The position numbers and the translations under genes were made by a program. A DNA stretch of 20,000 nucleotides from Craspedostauros australis (lineage: Eukaryota). Positions within the stretch are counted from its first letter, which is position 1. Every line of letters begins with the position of its first letter. Of the stretch, positions 1 to 9,100 are shown in pieces. Where the stretch lies: positions 109,414-129,413 of the forward strand of contig JALAGF010004851.1 in assembly GCA_030167865.1 (NCBI GenBank). The letters are read 5' to 3'. The notes below the pieces were generated by a model, which saw only the letters and a list, made by a program, of their open reading frames with translations, was not told where the DNA came from and did no database searches.

Positions 1-3000
1 CACCAGCATTTCGACCTGCTAGTCATCGGGATGCAGGAATCCACCTTCGAGGTCGATGATGATGACTACATCCAACTACCGGCAAGCGCACGCAGCGCTG
101 GATTGAACAAGAAGATGGCCAACCTGACAGCGAACAAGGACTACGTCGTCAAGGACCGTTCCGAACGCAGCACCAAATCCAGCAACACCTCCTCCACCAA
201 GAAATCCAAGCGGTACGATAGAGACAACGAGAATGACTGGGCAGACACCATCATTCTTCACAAGCAACTCGATGAGCATTTGCCGTCCTACCGCAAGGTC
301 GTCTCGTTCCAGCGCGGTGAGATGCGGCTCGAGGTGTTCGTTTTGAAGAATTCGACGACGCTCAAGACTGTGGAGGTGCTCGGCGTCAAGGCGCACAACA
401 CTGGGCGCGCGGGGTTGGCCAACAAGGGTGGCATCGTCGCGGAGCTTTGCCTAAATCAATCGACACGAATTGCATTGGCCACGTGCCATCTGGAAGCGCA
501 CGAGGGACGATCCAAGTACAAGGCACGCTGCTCCAGCATCCAGAATATTCTGCGCGAAACGCATTCGGCTGCAACGGCTTGCCGCACGGATGTTTCCATC
601 GCCAGCCACTACACGTTCTGGATGGGCGATCTGAATTTTCGAACCGATTTCACCAAACGCAAGCAGGCCGACGTTGCGAAGAAACGCAGCGTCATGGAAC
701 CAGGCAGCAAGCCTCACATCAACTGGGCCCATCAGCTGGCAGAAACGCGCAACTACAACGCATTGAATGACGCGGATGAATTGGCCTACGCCTTGCGCGA
801 GAAGGATTGCCTGGTGGGATTCAACACGCCTCCATGTCACTTCCCGCCGACGTTCAAGGTCACCAAGGACAAGCCGGGATATGTATACAATGAGAAACGA
901 TCGCCATCCTACACAGACCGGATCCTGTACAAGACAGCCCATCAGATGGAGGGGAATTTGAAGTGTCTTGTTTACGAACCCATTGACGACTACATCGCAT
1001 CGGACCACAAGCCAATCCGTGGGGCATTCACAATCCAGCTGAACCATCGGCTCAAGTGGCGCCCGACGCTGCTGAACCAACCATCTCGGCAAGTATTCAG
1101 CTTCAAAAAGTCCAAAAAGAGCAAGAAGAAGGATGGCTCAAAGAAGTCTTCAAAACTGAAGCTCAAGTCAAAGTTGCTCAAGAAAGGCAAAAAGGATAAG
1201 AAGGACAAGAAGGCAAAGAAGAAGCAGTCGAAAAAGAAAGGAAGTTTGGGCATCAGCGACAGCGATGACGACGATGACAGCAGCGAGGGTGGGGACAGCA
1301 CGCCGAAGTTGAAAACAAAAAAGGGAGGTGGCTTCCCCTCGCAGGCAATGACCATGGGCTCCATCATGCGCCGACGCACGACGCTCTCAACAGAATCCAT
1401 GCACATTTTCGTCTCCGACATCTCCGTGAAGATAGATCACACGGAGTACAAGCCAGATTCGGGCCGTGCATTCGATGTCGACCCAAGTCCCTTCGTTTGT
1501 TTCGTGTCCACACCGACGGAGGCTTGCCAAAACAAGATCTCCAAATGGGAGCTGTTCCAAAAGAAGTTCCGCATCACCACGATGGGGACGAAGAAGGAGC
1601 AGGAGGACGGATCGGTATCCCGCACCATGCTGGGTTGGCCCAGAACGAAGAAAATTTCGAATTGCTACGCTGCAGAATGGAAAGACGATGAGGAGGTCCA
1701 CTTCACGGTGAAGACGCATCTTGAGTCTGGCATGCCGATCGACCTGAGCGGCGCGATGCTGCACCTCGTTGTCATGGACGCCAAGTACTCCAAGTCGAGA
1801 CTGCGTGGCGAACCCCGGTTGGTTGGAACGTTCGCGTTGAACCTTGCGAACCTGGTTTCGAAGACCAGCGGTGTCGGGGCGGATGCATCAGGCGGTGACA
1901 GTATCACCACGGGAGCCAGCATGGGCCAAGGTCTAGCTCCACCAGTACGAACTCGGTCTCGAAGCGACGGTGCTGCTGGCGAAACCTTTCGCAAGATGCC
2001 TCAGCGGATGAATCCATCGGCGAACCGATACCAATCTCCCTCGAAGCCATTCATGGTGGGAGGTCGACAGAGCAACGTCAGCACGCTTGGGTTTGGAGAA
2101 TCGTTCCAGGCCTCCACCACCACGTTCAATCAGAATCAAATCGGACGAAACGATTCCAACCTTTCGTTGGATGGCACGTATCAGTCGGGACAGATCACTG
2201 TGGGACCGTCCGATCGGCTCCGCGAGACACTGAACGCATCCATCTTTTCTTGCCAGGCGCGCAAACAAGCAGGCGCATCCCTGCTGGAATCCCTCCGTCG
2301 ACAGGCGGAGAGCGAACGCTCGGCAATGGAAAATGGGGCACAAAGCGTCAGACGTTCACGAAGGATCATGGGCGGCGACGGTCTCGGTCGATTGTCCTGG
2401 CACGATCGAACTGCGCGCCGGAGGAATTCCAATCCGACGGAGGCACCGAAGGAAGCCTCTCCGCGCATGAACATGCGGCGCAAACGACACAACGAGCCTG
2501 GAAGGAGATCGCTGAGCCGCCGTCCTTCCATTGGTTCCGTGTCTGGCACACCCTCCACCAACGGCCCCGGTAGCAGCGTTGGAGACTCAGGAGACGTCCA
2601 CAGCGTGGGCGGGAACAGGGAGTCGCGGATGGATGTTGCTTCCACCATGCGCCCGATGCTATGGAGAGGGCTGATGGGACGAAGCTCCCGGCGCCATATC
2701 TCCGAGCAGCTCGACACGCTCAACATCCATTCCATCCGCATTGAAGAGCCGCTGTTGAAGTACGGCAAACAAATGGGAACGATCACTTGCACCATCGACG
2801 CTTGGTGGCAGGCAGATGACGGCGGCAGCGGCGGACAAGGGCAGGGAAATGGGGGCACCGCAGGGCCTGGCATGTTGGACCGTCATGCATCGCTTGGTCC
2901 GGGCACGTTGTTTGGCAACAGCAGCAGCAAAAACGACGTGGGTCCTGGCAATCTGGACAAGTCAAAAAGCACCAAGAGCAAGCGAAGGGGCATGTTCTCC

Positions 3001-3042
3001 AGCCAACGGCTCAAGCCAAAACGTCACGAGTCAGCACTGTAG
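1..3042 (+). CDS. Inositol polyphosphate 5-phosphatase (IPPc, EEP superfamily), 5'-partial; followed by Lys-rich/acidic linker and probable C2 domain
   Basis: The frame is open from base 1 (HQHFDLLVIG-MQE, matching the 5-phosphatase DxxxIGxQE motif), so the Met at 31 is internal. Other motifs: NKGGIV, CHLEAH, FWMGDLNFR (616-642), FPPTFK, PSYTDRILY (904-930), SDHKPI (~1000-1017). Stop TAG at 3040-3042. Confidence 0.93.
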   Translation, partial: HQHFDLLVIGMQESTFEVDDDDYIQLPASARSAGLNKKMANLTANKDYVVKDRSERSTKSSNTSSTKKSKRYDRDNENDWADTIILHKQLDEHLPSYRKVVSFQRGEMRLEVFVLKNSTTLKTVEVLGVKAHNTGRAGLANKGGIVAELCLNQSTRIALATCHLEAHEGRSKYKARCSSIQNILRETHSAATACRTDVSIASHYTFWMGDLNFRTDFTKRKQADVAKKRSVMEPGSKPHINWAHQLAETRNYNALNDADELAYALREKDCLVGFNTPPCHFPPTFKVTKDKPGYVYNEKRSPSYTDRILYKTAHQMEGNLKCLVYEPIDDYIASDHKPIRGAFTIQLNHRLKWRPTLLNQPSRQVFSFKKSKKSKKKDGSKKSSKLKLKSKLLKKGKKDKKDKKAKKKQSKKKGSLGISDSDDDDDSSEGGDSTPKLKTKKGGGFPSQAMTMGSIMRRRTTLSTESMHIFVSDISVKIDHTEYKPDSGRAFDVDPSPFVCFVSTPTEACQNKISKWELFQKKFRITTMGTKKEQEDGSVSRTMLGWPRTKKISNCYAAEWKDDEEVHFTVKTHLESGMPIDLSGAMLHLVVMDAKYSKSRLRGEPRLVGTFALNLANLVSKTSGVGADASGGDSITTGASMGQGLAPPVRTRSRSDGAAGETFRKMPQRMNPSANRYQSPSKPFMVGGRQSNVSTLGFGESFQASTTTFNQNQIGRNDSNLSLDGTYQSGQITVGPSDRLRETLNASIFSCQARKQAGASLLESLRRQAESERSAMENGAQSVRRSRRIMGGDGLGRLSWHDRTARRRNSNPTEAPKEASPRMNMRRKRHNEPGRRSLSRRPSIGSVSGTPSTNGPGSSVGDSGDVHSVGGNRESRMDVASTMRPMLWRGLMGRSSRRHISEQLDTLNIHSIRIEEPLLKYGKQMGTITCTIDAWWQADDGGSGGQGQGNGGTAGPGMLDRHASLGPGTLFGNSSSKNDVGPGNLDKSKSTKSKRRGMFSSQRLKPKRHESAL

Positions 3043-3571
3043 ATGCGCACTTGCAGAATCGCGTGCATGCGTCCGTGTATGCATCGGCGACGTATGGAGT
3101 ATTAGACAAGTTGAGTTGGACTGAATGGGTGTGCGTGCGAGTATAGTAGAGTAGGGACGTTGCATCCACAATCCAATCCAGTGTACCATATGGTACGATA
3201 ACATAGAGCAGAACAAGTTGGAATTAGACCGCCGTTGCTATTTGAGGCGAGTGCTGGTGCATAGCTCGTATGATTCAGTCGAGGACAGCGTGCCGTATCG
3301 TGCGATGATTCTCTGTCGTCTGGATTTGCATACTAAGACAGTATTCTAGATTGTTGTGACATCCATGCTTCGCTGGTGCGATTCCTCAACGGCGGCACAG
3401 GACAGAGGAAACGATGGCAACGCCAGAGTCCGTCATGTCCATCTTTCGCTCATCCAGATGGTCGAATCTCCTGCCATCAATCATCCTGCAGACGCACACA
3501 ACGTTTCGTTTCGTTCATTCACCAACGCACGCATTCAAAAATCCTCCGCGTCGGCGGATCCATCATCTCGC

Positions 3572-4350
3572 TTACTCCCGGTTGGTGACCAGGATCAGAT
3601 GCGATCCAAACTGTGTCTCCACTGGACCATGGATCACTCCCACCGCTTCACCGAAGGCCACGGCATCGAATTCTGGAACCATCTCTCCGCGGCCGAATCC
3701 ACCCAGGGAGCCGCCGTTGGACTTGCTTGGGCATGTGGACTTGGACTTGGCGGATTGTGCGAACTACGATGATGTCGCGGAGGAAATTGACATGGACACG
3801 GGAACATGGATAGGGCGTGAGTACTGATGAATTGAAGAATGGTATGCGACCCATGCATTGACGGAGTACTCCAGCGATTCCATGCACAGTGCAATCAACG
3901 TGCAATCATCTTCAAAGATCGAGTCAAACATCGAGTCAGATGTTGGAGCGAAGAAGAAGAAGAAGAAGATAAGCGCTTTGTCATCGCTCTCTTCCAAGAG
4001 TGGTAGAACAGCAACACGACCAATCGCAGTACTATACTCCGACACAGTTCACCACTCACAGCGTCCATGAGCGCGGCGGGTTCGACACCACCTTCCACGG
4101 CACCCTTCTTCATGGCGCGCTTGTAGATGTCGATCTTGAGCTTTTGACATTGCGTGCTGGCGTTGGGTCCCTTGAGGAGGATGTGCGATGCTTCGGCAGT
4201 CTTGGGTCCGAAGATGGAATCCAGGAATCCCATGGACAGCTGCGTGTTGCTGTTGGCAGACGCAACCGACGATGGCTGCACAGTGAAGGCGGTTGCTGTG
4301 GCGACGACGGCCATGAGGATGGCGAGGATGTTGGTAATGGAGGCCTTCAT
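3572..4350 (-). CDS. ppiC: Parvulin/PpiC-type peptidyl-prolyl cis-trans isomerase precursor, probably plastid-targeted; exons 4350-4060 and 3763-3572 (160 aa)
   Basis: Exon 1 encodes a signal peptide MKASITNILAILMAVVATATA|F, a Ser/Thr-rich transit-like segment, then KTAEASHILLK...ALMDA. After a phase-0 GTGAGT...TAG intron, exon 2 encodes FAQSAKSKSTCPSKSNGGSLGGFGRGEMVPEFDAVAFGEAVGVIHGPVETQFGSHLILVTNRE*. This contains the parvulin signatures SxCPS, GGxLG, GxMVPEFD and TQFGxH. Confidence 0.95.
3764..4059 (-). other. Spliceosomal GT-AG intron (296 nt) of the parvulin gene
   Basis: Minus-strand donor GTGAGT starts at 4059 and acceptor ATCGTAG ends at 3764. Removing it joins the two halves of the parvulin domain in frame. 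Confidence 0.92.
3950..3967. repeat. (GAA)6 microsatellite inside the parvulin intron
   Basis: gaagaagaagaagaagaa read directly. Confidence 0.85.
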
Positions 4351-4986
4351 GGTTCTTTCGCTTGTGATACTATTTTGATCGATGGCGTGTGGATCTTTCT
4401 TTTCGGCGAGTTGGCGTTGGAATCTTGTGGTCTCTGTCGGTTGCAGATGAAGAAAGTTGCAGTTTCAATTGCGACAAAGAAGGCAGAGAAAAGAGATCTG
4501 GATCTTGTGATGAAAGGGCGATGCCGCACACGAGCGTCCTTGTGTTGTCGGTTGCCAAAACCTGCGCCAACACCGATGCCCCTCATGGCCACACGCGAAA
4601 TGTGATGCCAAAAAAGTGACGCAGATTGAGGGGAAAGAAAGCTTCTCCCAGCAGTCGACCACCTCGACAAAAGAAAGTTGCTTTTGTTGGTCACAAGTTG
4701 TTGGACTCAAACTGGCGTGTCGCAGTGCGACATGGCAAGTGTCCGAGAGAATACAATGGCCGCAGCACCATACAAAGCGAAGCAGTGCCTTGGGTTGCAC
4801 ATACAAAGAGGCCCGACCTGTCACGTGTGTAGTACCATGTACTGGATGTACACTCACAGAACAAACACTCACAAACGGAAGCCACACAAGCATGAACAAA
4901 TCCCACCAACGGACAAACAAGCGAAGCGACAGCATCACGTAGTACGACGCCCGTGTAATTCAACGTGACCCAACAGAATTGCGCGG

Positions 4987-5021
4987 CGACACGACACGAC
5001 ACGACACGACACGACACGACA
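4987..5021. repeat. (CGACA)7 pentanucleotide microsatellite
   Basis: Seven perfect tandem CGACA units in the divergent intergenic region. Confidence 0.92.
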
Positions 5022-6104
5022 CACCAACACACGACGCAGCAAGATGCCAAAGGAAGAGAGGTTGTGTGACGGAACGAACGGAGATTGCTGCGAGAAGTCG
5101 AGCGAAGAAAACTCCGCAGAAACCCACAAAGACCGTTCTGGCCGAAAGAGGTGCTGTCGCCAGATTCCGCACGAGATGGGAAGAAGTGCGGTCGTGAACT
5201 CGTGAGTGCCGTTGCATGTGCATGTGCATCCGCACCTATTTGCAGTCGTTGTTCCGACCTTGCATGTGGTGATCGTTTCCTTCCCTTTGTGGACAGAACA
5301 GATCGCGTTTGGAGGGAGGCATCCTTTGTTCGAGGAGCCTGTGTGTGTACGACCTATGGTACAGCCCATCCCAGAGCATGCCACCAATACACACAGGACC
5401 GACCGAGAATGTAAGTCCGAGCACCCAAGTCCCTTCTCTCCATTTCTGCCGCCGCTGATCCTGATGCTGATGCTCCGAATGTCGAATTTGTGAGAACGGG
5501 TGTTCACATACTCGTGGGGTACTCTACTTTTTTATATTGGTGCATACTCCACATCCGCTGCGGACAGAGAGGTTGGCGCAAACATCATCTCTGACTTCAG
5601 GACTGATTGCATAGAGCATCATCTGGCAGCAGCGTCGAGCGGAGTGCGAGCATCTGCAACCATCGGTGGCGAACCCAATCGTTCCATCTCTGGAACAGAC
5701 GCGTCTGAGAATCGGTGGTGCTGCTGTCATCGCCAGTGCTCTGCCAAGGGAGCCCCGGCCTCTCTTCCATTTCCATTTCAGGAAGGTTGGGCATTCTGTT
5801 GCTCTGCATCAGACAGAGAGCAGACGTCAGCATACTCATACACATCAGCATCACTCTCCAGACAAGCATCAGCGTCAACACCAACATTGGCGCCAACATA
5901 GACGGCAGTCGGCATTCATGACATCAGCTCATCTCTTCATCTGCTGGTAATCCACCATCCGCATACCTCATATCCCATATCATCCTACCACATTATACTC
6001 GTACATTCGTGCTTCCGTCTCTCTACGGTATTCAATTTTCATAATCCGCCATCCACAACTTACCAATCATCCAACCAATCAATCAACCAACGATCGGCAT
6101 CCCC

Positions 6105-9100
6105 ATGCAGCAACCAAACAAACATCCCCGTTCATCACCCCCAGCGTCACGTTCAGCGTCGCCTTCGGCATCACGTTCAGCGTCGCGCTCGCCATCGGCA
6201 CACAAACGAAGACCCAGAGCAGGGGGTGAGCCCCCGACCGCGATCACCATCCCGCGCGTGACGGTGCCATCGACCCACGGTTCTTCTCGCTCGGTCGCAA
6301 CGCCATCGACGTCCATATCATCCTTCCAGTCGCCTCTTCCGTCAACCACCACCCTGTCCGTAGCCACGCCCAACAACAGCACCCATTCGGAGTCGTTGCG
6401 GACTGTCGGACGGTCCTCGGATCGTTGGCGGCAGCATCATCTCGAGCGTCTTCAGAGCGACGATCATCCGACCCACTTTCGATCGGAATCGGACGAACAA
6501 TCTGCGTTGACGACGCCGACGGCAAGCGGAGCAAAGAAGCCGTCGATGACGATTCCACAAGCATCACCATCTGGTTACATCCTAAAACGACCTGTTCGCG
6601 ATCGGCAAGCGAGAAGGGAAAGGCGTCAGCAGGAGCAGCAGCAGGAGCAGGCAAGCCAAGAGCAGGAAAACCAAATCATCGATACTGAAGGTGAAGCAAG
6701 CACCACCGAAGACAACCACAGCAACGGCAGCAACGAAGACAATATCGCCAAACCAACGAATATGGACAGCTTGAGGAGTATGGAAGATGACTATGCCGGG
6801 CAAGGTTCTCAGCACGATCAACTGCAGCAAGACCATGAATGCGTCCAACCGGCTGGCCAGATACCCCACGAAGCTGCGCTTCACCATCACGACTTCAGTC
6901 AGCAGCAACGGCAACCCTTGCCACCTTCAGAACAACATTCCTACGGAGATGCACAAATAGAGACGCAGCCGCTCCACTTCCAGCACTCGCCACACAAGAG
7001 TCCGTTCGATGAACTGTCCAGCTTCATACGAACCGACAAATTATCCATTCAGGGTCCACCGCCAGTTCATATACCCCAATCGCGCCCAAGTGCAACGACG
7101 CATTCCGAACACGAATCATCCAGCCACACGATACCGATTGCTCCCACGCCACCGAGCGCATACCACCGTGCTCATCTCGACCGCGCTCGCCCAAATTTGA
7201 TCCCGCCGGGACAGAGACCGCCAGCAATGAGATCCTCGGGGTATTCCATATCGAGCGGTGAGCACACCACGGAATCTTTTGGCAACACCAATCGGCATCA
7301 GCGTCCGCAAATCAATACCGCAGCACCAAACAGTGATGAAACCGGCTCCTTGCCTCGGCCGGTTGATTCGTACGATGATGAGAGGTTGCACGCCTATCAC
7401 GATCGTCAGGTTGGCTACAACAGCACGGATGATGGCAACGAGACCATGGAGGCCTCGGACATTTCATCATCCACCCGCGGTTTCGGTCTGCAACAATCGA
7501 GCAATGCCAGAACGGTTTTTCGACATGGCTCTAGCAACGACTCTTCCGATGTTATGGAAGATGATTACGTGGAGGAAACAGTCCATAGCGATGACAGCAA
7601 TGAAAGTGAGGATGGCACCGGTGGATCTGATATCGATGACGAAGAGGACTTTATTGGCCATCAGTTGGACAGCAGCAGGCAGTGGTTCCAAAATGAGATA
7701 CTTTCATCCGAAGATGATACCACAACCACCAATCAATCCAACCGAAATTCGGAACACCAGGCCATCAACCCAGCTTACGATGACACGGAAACCTACGTAT
7801 CCGAACAGAGCATGACCAGCCAACGGATCGGCGGGTTCCGACATGTCAACTTCAATGGACACGGCCATGACAGTCCTGGAGGCTGGAGTGCAGGAAGCAG
7901 CAGCCGCCAGACCACGCAGTACACGGCCTCCACCGCGGCGTCGTCGACGTGTCGCAGTGCAGACAGCGCAGATTTGGAACCGACAACAACGATGGAGTCC
8001 TTGGTCACCCCGTGGCATCAGAGCTTCACGAGCAACACCGAGGGCAATCCAAGCGACCAATCCTTTCTCGTCACACCCTCCTCCGTCGCATCCTCGCAGC
8101 TCACGATGCCAACATTTGCCAGCTCGCAACGCTCGGTGGCCGCCATGAGTGATGATTACTTGCAAACGCCGACGATGCGCAGCACGAGAATACATCCCTC
8201 CATCAGGGAGTTGTCGGAGCATTCAGATTCCAACGATGAAGAAGAGGCGACGATGCATGACAAGATGCTATCCTTTCGTCACCATGATGCGAACGTGGCG
8301 GACACAAGCACATCGCTCCTGCAGGATACGTCTCAGCAAGATGACACGGTGCGCTCATCCTTGTTGGGAGACGACGGACGACCCCTCATAGCATCCTCCA
8401 TGAAGTCGATCGATTCAGCACATATCCCCAACAGAAATACCTCCCACGTTGCCACCACGTCCCCAGTGCACGATCAGCAAACGCCAGCAAACCTCAACGA
8501 TCAGAAACAGCTTTCTATTGCTTCCGAGATTTCGCAGAGTGGGCGCGATCCCGGAATTGCTCGTGCCGACAGCAAACCAACTTCTTTGGGGAGCTTCCAG
8601 TCGGAGTTTTCGGTATCATTGCATCTAGGCGATGGACGCATGGGGCAGAATCAAAGTTCGCATGCGGATCAGCGCACGGCCGCCTCGGGGAATTGGACGC
8701 AGGAGGAAGACGCGGCCATGCGAAATCCAGCTGGCGCAACGGCAATGACAGCCTCCACGTCCACACTCAGCACAGCCATGACGATGATCAACACTGTGGA
8801 TGGCAGTGGTGTGGGAAATGGACCATTGAATGAGCAGGCGGTGCCACCGTCAGAGAATCTACCAGGTGCGCACGATGGTGTTACTCCATTTCGTGAATCC
8901 ATCCAGATCCCGTCGAAGGCCTCCACCATGGACAGCCAACCCGCAACGAATCGTTCTGGTGAGACTGCGACACAAGGCAATTCGATCGCAAGTCAACTCA
9001 TCCTGTCCCCAGGGACCAGGACGAAACAAAATGGCAGCATGGGACTCTCGGGGGAGGCTTTTACGAAGAGTCCCGCGTATTCGCTGAAGAGCAACATGAG

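Noticed and set aside
3895-4059. C-terminal 54 aa of the ORF-track protein 3895..4350, and the 93-aa ORF 3764..4045 with poly-Phe
   Set aside because: Both are read-through of the parvulin intron; the poly-Phe/Ser/Lys runs come from the (GAA)6 microsatellite.
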